A stretch of DNA of 26,794 nt, taken from positions 1-26,794 of the forward strand of contig JALHMH010000052.1 of the NCBI GenBank assembly GCA_022844165.1, given 5' to 3'. Under the pieces are notes generated by a model, which saw nothing but the letters and a program-made list of their open reading frames with translations, had not been told where the DNA came from and searched no databases. Shown piece after piece: positions 1 to 9,383 of this stretch. Within the stretch, counting starts at the first letter, position 1, and each line of letters opens with the position of its first letter. Both the position numbers and the translations under genes were made by a program. The DNA comes from Lysobacterales bacterium (GTDB taxonomy: Bacteria; Pseudomonadota; Gammaproteobacteria; Xanthomonadales; SZUA-5).

Positions 1-60
1 CCCGCGCCCCGCGCCCCGCGCCCCGCGCCCCGCGCCTCGCGCCCCGCGCCTCGCGCCCCG
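1..60. repeat. Heptamer tandem repeat (CCCGCGC/CTCGCGC)n, at least 8.5 units, truncated by window edge
   Basis: Read directly: 5x CCCGCGC, CTCGCGC, CCCGCGC, CTCGCGC, CCCG. Confidence 0.95.
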
Positions 61-63
61 CCA

Positions 64-2481
64 TCATGCAGCCAACAACCCCAACACCTTCAATGCGCTT
101 GCCTTCGGCTGCCGCTGCTCATCGCTGTGCAAGATCGGCCCAACACACGCCGGACACCCAGCGCTGCAACGACAGTTACGTACCAGATTCAGCGCACCGC
201 TCAACAGCTCCTGGCGCCGCTCGAACAGCGGCCGCGATTGACCGATGCCGCCGGGATAGTTGTCGTACAAATACACGGCAGGCGAGAACTCGGCCATCGC
301 CTGCAAGTCCACCGGCTCGCCCGCGGCATTGCGCAGCTCGCCACGGCCCTTGCCACTCACTGTTGCCGACCATTCGCTATCGCCGCTGCCCACGGCCTTA
401 CCCAGATCTCTGGGCTCGCACATCGACAGCAGCGTAGCCACCGTATGCAGCGCATAGGAGGCGCCCAGAAAGCCATCGAGTGCTTCAAAACGCATCGGAA
501 AGGCCTCATCGAGTGCGCCGGGTTCGATGCGCCACCAGAGCGCTGTAGTCTGCAGTTCCTGATCGGGCAGATTGACCGGTCCGTAGCCGATGTTTTCGTG
601 ACTGTAGTAGCGAATTTTTTTGTACCCGGCGACACGGCGCACCACGTGCACCTCGCCCAGTTGCGCCTCGCCGCATCGGCTCTTGGCCGACTCGAACTGG
701 CTTAAAGGTTTGAGGCGCGTGTAGTCGATGGCGTCGGTGTAGTAGTCGACATGTGTGCGTGTCACGTAGGCCTTGCGGCCGGCCCAGTCGAGTTTCTCCA
801 CCTGCCAGGGGATGGACTGGATCATGTAGATCGCGCCTTCATACAAAGTCAGCGCGGCGGACGAGAAATCGACTTCGGCAAGAATGGTCTGCTTCCCGCC
901 GGTTCGATCGACGACGACAAAATTGCCATCGGCGACGCTGCGCAGGCTCACTGCGTTCGCCGGATAGCTGTCGTCGATCCAGTGCCAGCGTGTGCCGTTG
1001 CGATGCAACACGCCCTCATCGACCAGATAGTCCAGGAACTCGCGGATATCGCGCTCGCCAAATCGATCGCCTTCAGCGAAAGGCAACTCGAACGACGCGC
1101 AGCGAATGTGGTCGAGCAAGATCAACAGTTGCTCCTTGTCGATGCGCGCGTGTTCGGGCGATTGTTCGAGGAAGTACTGCGGATTGCGCACCACGAATTG
1201 ATCGAGTGCATCGCTGCCAGCAACCAGCACGCCCACCGCCGTTTGTTGGCGCCGCCCGGCTCTCCCCAGGCGCTGGCGCGTCGCGGCGACGCTGCCGGGA
1301 TAGCCGCACAACAAACTCACATCGAGCGCGCCGATATCGACGCCAAGCTCCAACGCCGAGGTACTGACGATCGCGTCGATGGCCCCGGCGCGCATGAGTT
1401 TTTCGGTGAGCCGGCGTTCGTCCGGCAAATAGCCCCCGCGATAGGCGCGCACGCGCGCCGGCTTGCGCGGATCGCGGTCGAATACGTCTTTCAAGTATTT
1501 GGTCAGCACCTCGACCATCAACCGCGACTGCGCGAACAGTATCGATTTGAGCCCGGATTTCACCGCCAGACGCGCCAACTTGCTGACTTGCGAGCGCGCC
1601 GATGCGCGAATGCCCAGGTCCGGGTTGATGGGCGGCGGATTCCAGAACAGCAGATGCTGCTCGCCGCTGGGTGCACCGCTGTTCAAAATGGCGCGCATCG
1701 GCCGGCCGACCAATTCGGTGGCATGCTCGCGTGGATTGCCGATCGTCGCCGAGCAGCAGATAATCTGCGGGCGCACGCCGTAAAACGCGCAGACGCGATG
1801 CAACCGCCGCAGCACGTTGGCCACATGCGAGCCGAACACGCCTCGATAAGTGTGGACCTCGTCGATTACGATGAAACGTAGCGCGCTGAAGAACTGCGCC
1901 CACTTGGTGTGATGCGGCAAAATTGCCTGATGCAGCATGTCCGGATTGGTGACGACCACATCGCCCTTGGTGCGCACCGCCTGGCGGGCGTCCGACGGCG
2001 TATCGCCATCGAAGGTATAGGCGCGAATGCCCAATTCGGCAGCACGATTGAGTTCCAACAACTCCGCGACCTGATCTTGCGCCAGCGCCTTGGTGGGAAA
2101 CAGGTACATCGCCTTGGCGCCCGATTTGAGCGCCGCATCGAGCACCGGGCCGTTGAAGCACAGCGTTTTGCCACTGGCTGTCGGCGTGGCGACGACGATG
2201 TCGGCACCCTCGCGCAACGCCGCCCAGGCTTCCGCTTGATGGCTGTAGAGCTGTGCGATGCCGCGTGTGCGCAATGCTGCCTGCAAGCGTGGATCAAGGT
2301 CGCTCGGGATCGGCGCAAAACGCGCCGCGCGCGCCGCAACCACCGCCTCGCCGGTGATGCAGGATTTGTATTTGCGCTTGATTCGACTCACCCACTGGCG
2401 CGCGACGTCGATATCTTCGATGGCAACTGTCGACGTTACGCTTGAAGACTCGACGTTCACCGCTGCTTGCGCTAAGCTCAT
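64..2481 (-). CDS. DEAD/DEAH-box SF2 helicase with C-terminal DUF1998 (YprA/MrfA/Hrq1/SftH family)
   Basis: Q motif LYSHQ, Walker A TASGKT, PTKALAQDQ, DEVH, SAT, TSALELGVDIG, QRLGRAGR; C-terminal YDNYPGGIG and CRCSAGCPAC Cys cluster. Confidence 0.92.
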   Translation of the reverse strand: MSLAQAAVNVESSSVTSTVAIEDIDVARQWVSRIKRKYKSCITGEAVVAARAARFAPIPSDLDPRLQAALRTRGIAQLYSHQAEAWAALREGADIVVATPTASGKTLCFNGPVLDAALKSGAKAMYLFPTKALAQDQVAELLELNRAAELGIRAYTFDGDTPSDARQAVRTKGDVVVTNPDMLHQAILPHHTKWAQFFSALRFIVIDEVHTYRGVFGSHVANVLRRLHRVCAFYGVRPQIICCSATIGNPREHATELVGRPMRAILNSGAPSGEQHLLFWNPPPINPDLGIRASARSQVSKLARLAVKSGLKSILFAQSRLMVEVLTKYLKDVFDRDPRKPARVRAYRGGYLPDERRLTEKLMRAGAIDAIVSTSALELGVDIGALDVSLLCGYPGSVAATRQRLGRAGRRQQTAVGVLVAGSDALDQFVVRNPQYFLEQSPEHARIDKEQLLILLDHIRCASFELPFAEGDRFGERDIREFLDYLVDEGVLHRNGTRWHWIDDSYPANAVSLRSVADGNFVVVDRTGGKQTILAEVDFSSAALTLYEGAIYMIQSIPWQVEKLDWAGRKAYVTRTHVDYYTDAIDYTRLKPLSQFESAKSRCGEAQLGEVHVVRRVAGYKKIRYYSHENIGYGPVNLPDQELQTTALWWRIEPGALDEAFPMRFEALDGFLGASYALHTVATLLSMCEPRDLGKAVGSGDSEWSATVSGKGRGELRNAAGEPVDLQAMAEFSPAVYLYDNYPGGIGQSRPLFERRQELLSGALNLVRNCRCSAGCPACVGPILHSDEQRQPKASALKVLGLLAA

Positions 2482-2485
2482 CTTC

Positions 2486-2500
2486 GTTCTCGCTTCGTTC
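2486..2500. promoter_or_regulatory. Putative LexA operator, GTTC-N7-GTTC direct repeat
   Basis: GTTCtcgcttcGTTC in the short helicase/lexA divergent spacer; matches the motif established for alphaproteobacterial LexA. Confidence 0.7.
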
Positions 2501-2518
2501 TCCTTCGACTAGCGTAGA

Positions 2519-2533
2519 GAACCAATGGAAAAC
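2519..2533. promoter_or_regulatory. Second, degenerate putative LexA operator in the opposite orientation (GAAC-N7-AAAC)
   Basis: GAACcaatggaAAAC overlapping the lexA start region; one mismatch to GAAC-N7-GAAC. Confidence 0.5.
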
Positions 2534-3133
2534 ATGCAAGCACTGACACACGCACAACAGCGCGTACTGGATCATCTGATCGAACGCGAGCGCGAAGGGC
2601 GCGATGCCGCGTCGCTCGACGAGCTGTGCGCCGAGCTGGGCCTGGCCTCGCGCGGCTCGCTGCATAAACACGTCACAGCATTGATTGATGCAGGCTTAGT
2701 GGCGCCGATGGACGGCAAGCAACGCGGTGTGCGGCTCACCGCGGCCGCACTGGAGGATGGCAGCGTGCCGCTGTTGGGGCGCATTGCCGCAGGACGGCCG
2801 ATCGAGGCGGTATCTGGCCGCGAGCGCATCGCGGTGCCGCCGCACCTGCGCGGCCGCGGCGAGTGTTATGCACTGCGTGTACGCGGCGATTCGATGGTCG
2901 ATGCTGGAATTCTGGATGGCGACACGGTGCTCATTGAGCCGCGCGATACGGCGCGCAACGGTGAGGTAGTAGTGGCGCTGATCGATGGCGACAGTGCGAC
3001 GCTGAAGCGCCTGTATCGGCGCAGCGGCGAGATCGAATTGCACAGCGAAAATCCGAACTTCGCGGTGCAGCGTTACGCACCAGCGCGAGTGCAGGTCCAG
3101 GGCGTGCTGGTGGGGTTGATGCGGCGGTATTGA
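2525..3133 (+). CDS. lexA: SOS repressor LexA (true start may be ATG 2534)
   Basis: N-terminal wHTH (LTHAQQRVL...[21 protein letters not shown]), cleavage region [14 protein letters not shown]24 catalytic GDSM and ATLKRL. Confidence 0.95.
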   Translation: MENMQALTHAQQRVLDHLIEREREGRDAASLDELCAELGLASRGSLHKHVTALIDAGLVAPMDGKQRGVRLTAAALEDGSVPLLGRIAAGRPIEAVSGRERIAVPPHLRGRGECYALRVRGDSMVDAGILDGDTVLIEPRDTARNGEVVVALIDGDSATLKRLYRRSGEIELHSENPNFAVQRYAPARVQVQGVLVGLMRRY

Positions 3134-3150
3134 GCGAGAACTCGTACGCC

Positions 3151-3368
3151 GTGGGTCGCGCTATCGCGCGACGCTGTGAGCTGTTCCCTGCTGGATTGAA
3201 AACAAGGGGACGTGCGGCTGGCACTTGCCCGCGGTGCATCAAGATGAAGGTACGTCACCTGATCAGTGCAGACGTGCCAGCCGCACATCTGCCCGCCCCA
3301 AAGGAATCCATAGCATTTGCCGAGCCGACAAGGAACAGACAACAGCGTCGCGCGATAGCGCGACCCAC
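3151..3368. repeat. REP doublet / REPIN-like long hairpin
   Basis: Perfect 27-bp inverted repeats 3151-3177 (GTGGGTCGCGCTATCGCGCGACGCTGT) and 3342-3368; inner perfect 13-bp IR 3212-3224/3274-3286; further imperfect pairing 3181-3190/3329-3338. Confidence 0.85.
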
Positions 3369-3393
3369 AGGGGTTAGCGAATCTCACAATGCC

Positions 3394-6300
3394 ATGTACG
3401 CCGAACTCCACTGCCTCTCAAACTTCAGCTTTCAGCGCGGGGCATCGACCGCGGCGGAGTTGTGTGCACGCGCCAAAGAACTTGGCTACGCTGCGCTGGC
3501 GATCACCGATGAGTGCACGATGGCTGGCGCGGTGCGCGCTTATGAGGCGGCAAAGGACGCTGGCCTCCATCTGATTCTGGGCTCGGAGTTTCGCCTGACT
3601 TGCGGCCTCAAATTGGTTTTGCTCGCCGCCGATCACGATGGTTACACAGCGATCTGTGGGCTGATCACGCACGCACGCCGTAGCGCCGAGAAGGGCGAGT
3701 ACGTGCTGGCGCGGGAAGATGTCCCGGCCGCAATGCCGGGCGTAGTGGCGATCTGGCTGCCGGGCGAGCCGCCATTCGGCGATCCGCTCGCACCGGCGCC
3801 TGAGGCGCTCGCAACCGGGCACTGGCTTGCCGCGCTTTTTCCCAAACGTTGGATTGGCATTGCGTTGCATCGCCAGCATGGCGACGATCGCCGGCTCGCG
3901 TATGCGCAGATGTTGAGCGGTGCATTGCGTGTACCGCTCACGGCGATGGGTGGTGTCGAGATGCACGTTCGTGGCCGGCGGGCGTTACATGATGTTCTGG
4001 CGGCGATCGGCGCGCACAGCAGCGTTGCCGAGGCGGGCTTTCATCTGGCGCCCAATGGCGAAAAACATCTGCGTAGCCTGACGCAGTTGCGTGCGCTGTA
4101 TCCGCAGGCGCTGCTCGACGAGACGCTGCGTATTGCCGAGCTGTGTCGATTTTCGCTGGCCGAGTTGCGTTACCAATACCCGCATGAGGTAGTGCCCGAT
4201 GGGCGCACCGCGACCGAACATCTGCGGCAGCTCACGGAAGATGGCTTGCGCCGACGCTGGCCGCGCGGCGAGCCGCCATCCGTGCGTGCGCAGATCGAGC
4301 ACGAGCTGGCACTGATTGCCGAACTGACATACGAGTCGTACTTCCTCACCGTGCACGATATCGTCGAGTTCGCGCGCTCGCGGCGTATCTTGTGCCAGGG
4401 CCGCGGCTCGGCCGCAAATTCGGCGGTGTGTTATGCGCTCGGCATCACCGAGGTCGATCCGGCACGCGGGAACCTGCTGTTCGAACGTTTCATCTCGCGC
4501 GAGCGCAATGAGCCGCCGGATATCGATGTGGATTTCGAGCACGAGCGCCGCGAAGAAGTCATCCAGTACGTCTACGCCAAATATGGACGCGACCGCGCGG
4601 CGCTCACCGCCACCGTGGCCTGCTATCGGCCCAAGAGCGCGCTACGCGATGTCGGCAAAGCGCTTGGCATGAGCATCGATCAGGTCGAAGAAATCACCGG
4701 CGCGCTGACCTGGTGGGATGGTTTTGGTGCCGTGGAAGAGCGCCTTATCGAACGCGGTTTCGATCCCGCCAACACGAAGATCAAGAAGTTGCTCAAACTC
4801 ACCGCAGACCTGCTGGGTTTCCCGCGCCATCTGTCGCAACATGTTGGCGGCTTCGTGATTTCCGAACGACGTTTAAGCGAACTGGTGCCGGTCGAAAATG
4901 CGGCGATGCCGGATCGTACGATTATCCAGTGGGACAAGGACGATCTCGATACGCTGGGCTTGTTGAAGGTCGATTGTCTGGCGCTCGGCATGCTGAGCTG
5001 CCTGCGGCGTTGCATCGATCTGGTCGCCAGCTACAGAACGGATGCGCCGTTATCGCTGGCGGCGATTCCAGCCGAAGATTCGGCCACTTACGCGATGCTG
5101 CAAACCAGCGATTCTGTCGGCGTCTTTCAGGTCGAATCGCGTGCGCAGATGTCGATGCTGCCGCGCCTGAAACCCGAGAACTACTACGATCTGGTGATTG
5201 AGGTTGCCATCGTTCGTCCCGGACCAATCACCGGCAAGATGGTGCATCCCTACCTGCGCCGCCGCCAGGGTTTGGAGCCGGTGAGTTACCCGTCCGAAGA
5301 CTTGAAGCGTGTGTTCGAGCGCACGCTCGGCATCCCGATTTTTCAGGAACAGGTGATGCAACTGGCGATCGTCGCCGCCGGATTTACCCCCGGCGAGGCC
5401 GATCAGTTGCGGCGTTCGATGGCCGCCTGGAAACGCCGTGGTGGGCTCGAACATTATCGCCAGCGGATCATTGCCGGTATGTCGGAGCGCGGGTACGAGG
5501 TGAGCTTCGCCGAGCAGGTGTTCGAGCAGATCAAGGGTTTTGGTTCCTACGGTTTCCCCGAATCCCATGCGGCCAGTTTTGCGCTGCTGGTGTACGCCTC
5601 GGCGTGGTTCAAATGCCATCACCCGGCGGCGTTTGCGGTTGCGCTGATCAACTCGCAACCGATGGGGTTTTATTCGGTTGATCAGATCGTCCAGGACGTG
5701 CGTCGGCACGGTGTTGAAGTGCGGCCGATCGATGTGCGCCACTCTGGTTGGGACGCGAGCCTGGAGCACGAACGCGGGATCGCGATTCGCTTGGGGTTTC
5801 GCGAAGTCCTGGGCCTCAAAGTCGATGGTGTCGAGCGTCTGGTTGCGGCGCGCGACGAGCGTCCGTTTGCGTCGGTACAAGACCTCGCCACGCGCGCCGA
5901 GCTTGAACGCAGCGATCTTGAGATTCTGAGCCACGCCGGTGCATTGCGTGGGTTGGCCGGTCATCGCCATCGTGCGCAATGGACAGTCACCGGCATCGAA
6001 AAAATGCCGGCACTATTTGCACCCACGCATATCAAGGACGAGCCCGCGCAGTTGCGCTTGCCAACGCCGGCGGAGAACACGCTCGCCGACTACCAGAGCA
6101 CACAGCTCACGCTGGTCGATCACCCACTGAAACTGTTGCGCGGCAAACTCAGCAGCTTACGCATGCGTCGCGTCGACGAGGCGATGGCTGCCAGTCACGG
6201 CACGCGTTTGCGCGTCGCGGGCTTGGTGAAGCTGCGCCAACGCCCGGGCACCGCCTCGGGCGTCATGTTCGTCACTTTGGAAGACGAAAGCGGCTGGCTG

Positions 6301-6483
6301 AACCTGATCATCTGGCGCGATCTGGCCGATCGCGAACGCCGCATCGTGCTCGAATCGCAATTGCTCGGCGTCACAGGTGAGCTACAAAAAGCCGAGGGTG
6401 TCACGCACTTGCTGGCCAAACGCCTCGACAACCTCACGCACCTGTTAGAGGGCACTGTGATCCGCTCAAGGGATTTTCATTGA
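3394..6483 (+). CDS. dnaE2: Error-prone DNA polymerase DnaE2 (ImuC)
   Basis: Typical N-terminus [13 protein letters not shown] at ATG 3394, PHP domain, GRGSAANS, catalytic PDIDVD, OB fold, C-terminal SRDFH motif characteristic of DnaE2. Confidence 0.96.
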   Translation: MYAELHCLSNFSFQRGASTAAELCARAKELGYAALAITDECTMAGAVRAYEAAKDAGLHLILGSEFRLTCGLKLVLLAADHDGYTAICGLITHARRSAEKGEYVLAREDVPAAMPGVVAIWLPGEPPFGDPLAPAPEALATGHWLAALFPKRWIGIALHRQHGDDRRLAYAQMLSGALRVPLTAMGGVEMHVRGRRALHDVLAAIGAHSSVAEAGFHLAPNGEKHLRSLTQLRALYPQALLDETLRIAELCRFSLAELRYQYPHEVVPDGRTATEHLRQLTEDGLRRRWPRGEPPSVRAQIEHELALIAELTYESYFLTVHDIVEFARSRRILCQGRGSAANSAVCYALGITEVDPARGNLLFERFISRERNEPPDIDVDFEHERREEVIQYVYAKYGRDRAALTATVACYRPKSALRDVGKALGMSIDQVEEITGALTWWDGFGAVEERLIERGFDPANTKIKKLLKLTADLLGFPRHLSQHVGGFVISERRLSELVPVENAAMPDRTIIQWDKDDLDTLGLLKVDCLALGMLSCLRRCIDLVASYRTDAPLSLAAIPAEDSATYAMLQTSDSVGVFQVESRAQMSMLPRLKPENYYDLVIEVAIVRPGPITGKMVHPYLRRRQGLEPVSYPSEDLKRVFERTLGIPIFQEQVMQLAIVAAGFTPGEADQLRRSMAAWKRRGGLEHYRQRIIAGMSERGYEVSFAEQVFEQIKGFGSYGFPESHAASFALLVYASAWFKCHHPAAFAVALINSQPMGFYSVDQIVQDVRRHGVEVRPIDVRHSGWDASLEHERGIAIRLGFREVLGLKVDGVERLVAARDERPFASVQDLATRAELERSDLEILSHAGALRGLAGHRHRAQWTVTGIEKMPALFAPTHIKDEPAQLRLPTPAENTLADYQSTQLTLVDHPLKLLRGKLSSLRMRRVDEAMAASHGTRLRVAGLVKLRQRPGTASGVMFVTLEDESGWLNLIIWRDLADRERRIVLESQLLGVTGELQKAEGVTHLLAKRLDNLTHLLEGTVIRSRDFH

Positions 6484-6512
6484 ATGCAGGCAAACGCACG
6501 GAGGATGATCGA

Positions 6513-6540
6513 TTGACGCCAACGACAGAATGCGTACACT
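6513..6540 (+). promoter_or_regulatory. Putative sigma70 promoter
   Basis: TTGACG (6513-6518), 16-nt spacer, TACACT (6535-6540). Confidence 0.55.
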
Positions 6541-6580
6541 TGCGGCGTGACCACTTTGGCTGCATAGGTCACTTACTTCC

Positions 6581-6612
6581 CGGCGACGCCCCTCGGGGCG
6601 TCGCCGTATTTT
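6581..6612 (+). terminator. Intrinsic terminator-like hairpin 23 nt upstream of the NYN gene
   Basis: CGGCGACGCCC-CTCG-GGGCGTCGCCG perfect 11-bp stem followed by TATTTT. Confidence 0.75.
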
Positions 6613-6635
6613 GATACTAACTTGGAACACTCCTT

Positions 6636-7502
6636 ATGAATCGTTACGCCATCTTGGTGGACGCGGGTTATCTTTATTCAGCCAGCGCGGCCGCACTCAC
6701 TGGTGATACCCATCACCCCCGATCAAAAGTCCGGGTTGACTATGATCATGTAGCGCCTTTCTTTCAAGATTACGTTGCTTCGGTCCTTCCAGGACGCGAA
6801 CTCCTACGTGTTCTGTGGTTCGATGGCGCCGACAATCCCGGGGACTCCCAACAGCACTTGGCGCTTGGGTACCGAGACAATATTACTGTGCGACTTGGCG
6901 CAATTAGCAAGCACGGAAATCAGAAAGGCGTCGATACGCTGATCGTCACAGACTTGGTCGAGCTTGCGCAGAATCGTGCCGTTGCGGACATCTTCCTCGT
7001 CAGCGGAGACGACGATCTTCGCGTGGGCGTGATGATCGCCAAAAAGTATGGCGTTCGAATTCACCTTGTGGGCATCGAAGCCCCGGACAAGAATGTCTCG
7101 AACAGCCTTAGACAGGAAGTAGACACAACAAGAATGCTGTCGACGGACCACCTTGCGAAGTTGGTATCCGTGAAGTCGAGTAGCGCAGAGATCTTGGTGG
7201 GTCAGATCGAAGATTTGTCCTCAAGTGACACCACTAACAGTCTCTCACCAGCCGCCGAATCTGGGCTGACTCCGACGTTGGCTGACAGCGCAGAGATTGA
7301 GGGAGCAGTTGGATTGTTCTGTCATCATCTTACGCAGGATGAGCGATCTGAAATCGCCAACTTGTCCTCCGGACTCCCGTCCTTGATCGACTCTGCGCTG
7401 TTGAAGGGAGTGGCTCGTCGAATCGGAAGGAAGCTTGAGGCGGACGAGAAGCGCAAAGCGCGCTCTTTGGTAAGAGCGATCATCACAAAGCCCAACAGCT
7501 AG
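6636..7502 (+). CDS. NYN-domain (LabA/DUF88, PIN-like) putative ribonuclease with C-terminal helical extension
   Basis: Conserved acidic motifs VDAGYL, WFDG, QKGVDTLIVTDL, LVSGDDD, GVRIHLVG, LRQEVD. Confidence 0.88.
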   Translation: MNRYAILVDAGYLYSASAAALTGDTHHPRSKVRVDYDHVAPFFQDYVASVLPGRELLRVLWFDGADNPGDSQQHLALGYRDNITVRLGAISKHGNQKGVDTLIVTDLVELAQNRAVADIFLVSGDDDLRVGVMIAKKYGVRIHLVGIEAPDKNVSNSLRQEVDTTRMLSTDHLAKLVSVKSSSAEILVGQIEDLSSSDTTNSLSPAAESGLTPTLADSAEIEGAVGLFCHHLTQDERSEIANLSSGLPSLIDSALLKGVARRIGRKLEADEKRKARSLVRAIITKPNS

Positions 7503-7510
7503 CGGTTTCG

Positions 7511-9076
7511 ATGTTCAAACTTTTCCAGCGCGTGTCGGCGGCGCCGACGAATCCTAAACCTGCGGCGGTCTTGCCGCAGTTCGATGTCGCCGCGTTGTAT
7601 CAGGGGCCGGCCGATGCGGCGCCGGTGGCCGAGGTGACGGCGGCGCTGGATGAAAAGCTGCGTCAGGCGTATTTCTGGATCGTCAACACTGCAATCATCA
7701 GCCCACATTACGACATTGAGTACAACGACGGTCCGGGCACCGAGTTCGCACTCGGCGATCGCAAGAGTGCGCTGCGACTGCCCAGCGCACAGAGTTATTC
7801 GAGCTTCGTACTGCTGCCGCTGCTGACTTTCGCCGCGCAGCGCAAGTGTTTGTTCATTGGTGGCCCCGGGCGCGGTAAGACGGCCAGCGCGCTGTTGATG
7901 GGCGTGCTTGCGGGATATTCGGTGCGCGAAGTCAAACGCGGCATGCAGCGCGGCCATCCGCAGATGACCACGGCCGATCTGCTCGGCAGCCCGTTGCCGG
8001 CCGATCTGGTATCGGCGCAGCGTATCGAGGATGTGCGTATTGCGTGGCGCAGTTGGCTGTCGATGCGTGTGAAGATTGTCGATGAGTACAATCGCATCCC
8101 AACACGCACACAAAGTGCGCTGCTGACTTTGATGGGCGATAACTACGCCGAGTTGTTCGACCAGATCTATGAGTGTCCGGCAGCGGCGTGGTACCTCACC
8201 GCCAACGACGATCAGGGCGGCGGCACCTATCAAGTCATCGAGGCATTGCGCGATCGCATCGATGTGATTGTGCAGGCGCTGCCGTTCAACCCGCGGTTTT
8301 TGGGCGAATTGCTGACGCGGATCGAGGAAGACGCCCGGCCTGAGGACTTCGTGCCGGCAGAGATCATTTTCAGCGAGGCTGAGATCAGAGCACTTGGACA
8401 GCGCATTCGCGCCATGCCTATGCCCGAGCCGGTGCGTCGGCGCATCGAATTTTTTGCCAGTCAATTCGAATTCAACGACATTGCCGGGCAGCAATTCGAG
8501 TACAAAAGCAAGGATACGGCGCGGCTCGCGGGCACTGACTGGGCGTGGCTCAGTGCTCAAGACGACGGCCGCGACAAGCTCAAAGACCTGGGCTGCCAAA
8601 CGGTCAACGGCTTATCGGTCCGCAATTTGATGACGCTGCTGGTGTACGCCAAAGCGATGGCGTTTTTCCGCGGCAACGCCGAAGTGGATCTGGAGGACGT
8701 GCGCCAGACATTGCCGTTCGTTTTGCACGACAAGCTGAAAGCCGATCTCGACGCGGCATATTTTCAGTCGCCTGCAAACGCTGCGCAGAAGAGCGATCGT
8801 ATCGGCTGGCTGCGCGCGCTGTTCGATCAGAGCTGTAGCGAATACGATCGCCTGGATCTCGATCGCAGCGATCCTGTGCGCGATATGGCCGCGGATCTGG
8901 CCGCGGGACTTGATGGCGTCACGGCTGCGGAAGCCCGCAAGCGTCTCGCCTCGATTGAGCGACAGATCCAGGCCATCGCCAAAGGTGGCAAATTGTATGG
9001 ACCGTTGCATGATGACTTGCTGTTGTTGAAGTCGTTACACCAGCGATATGGCAACTATCTGCGTTGGCTGGGTTAG
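7511..9076 (+). CDS. MoxR-like AAA+ ATPase
   Basis: Walker A GGPGRGKT, TTADLLG, Walker B IVDEYNR followed by TQSALL, TAN sensor, EALRDRID arginine finger, LSVR lid motif. Confidence 0.85.
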   Translation: MFKLFQRVSAAPTNPKPAAVLPQFDVAALYQGPADAAPVAEVTAALDEKLRQAYFWIVNTAIISPHYDIEYNDGPGTEFALGDRKSALRLPSAQSYSSFVLLPLLTFAAQRKCLFIGGPGRGKTASALLMGVLAGYSVREVKRGMQRGHPQMTTADLLGSPLPADLVSAQRIEDVRIAWRSWLSMRVKIVDEYNRIPTRTQSALLTLMGDNYAELFDQIYECPAAAWYLTANDDQGGGTYQVIEALRDRIDVIVQALPFNPRFLGELLTRIEEDARPEDFVPAEIIFSEAEIRALGQRIRAMPMPEPVRRRIEFFASQFEFNDIAGQQFEYKSKDTARLAGTDWAWLSAQDDGRDKLKDLGCQTVNGLSVRNLMTLLVYAKAMAFFRGNAEVDLEDVRQTLPFVLHDKLKADLDAAYFQSPANAAQKSDRIGWLRALFDQSCSEYDRLDLDRSDPVRDMAADLAAGLDGVTAAEARKRLASIERQIQAIAKGGKLYGPLHDDLLLLKSLHQRYGNYLRWLG

Positions 9077-9352
9077 AGTCCTTGACGGAGACTGATCTCG
9101 ACAAATGAGCCAAATTTTCTACGAAGCGGCTTTGGCTTTTGCAGCTCCTTAAGTCAAGGGGGGTGGGGATCGGCGCTTACACGCCGCAAGGCGTGTGCCG
9201 AGCCGAACGACCGGCGGCTGTGCCGCCGGGCCGGAAATGCGGAGCGCGGGGATGTGGCGAGTACGCTGTCGGACGAAGCCAGCAATGCTCGTCGGTCTGA
9301 GGCGAAGCCTCGTGAGTGTGGTGTCCCGAAAGTACTTTGAATTGTTTCCGCG
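9074..9352 (+). repeat. Dispersed hairpin-rich intergenic repeat, copy A
   Basis: Aligns by eye with 24756-25000 over ~240 bp and with 26511-26736. Confidence 0.9.
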
Positions 9353-9383
9353 TCTTTCGACCCGAATGCTGCGTTGCTTTCAG

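Noticed and set aside
3130-3393. 88-codon N-terminal extension of dnaE2 from TTG 3130, overlapping the lexA stop
   Set aside because: It translates the REP hairpin, and the conserved DnaE2 N-terminus begins at ATG 3394. Probably a chance open frame, though translational coupling cannot be fully excluded since no clear SD precedes 3394.
6001-6020. MPALF in DnaE2 as a beta-clamp motif that could bypass ImuB
   Set aside because: Lacks the Gln of QL[S/D]LF and similar LF stretches are plausible in ordinary DnaE2; unsupported without an alignment.
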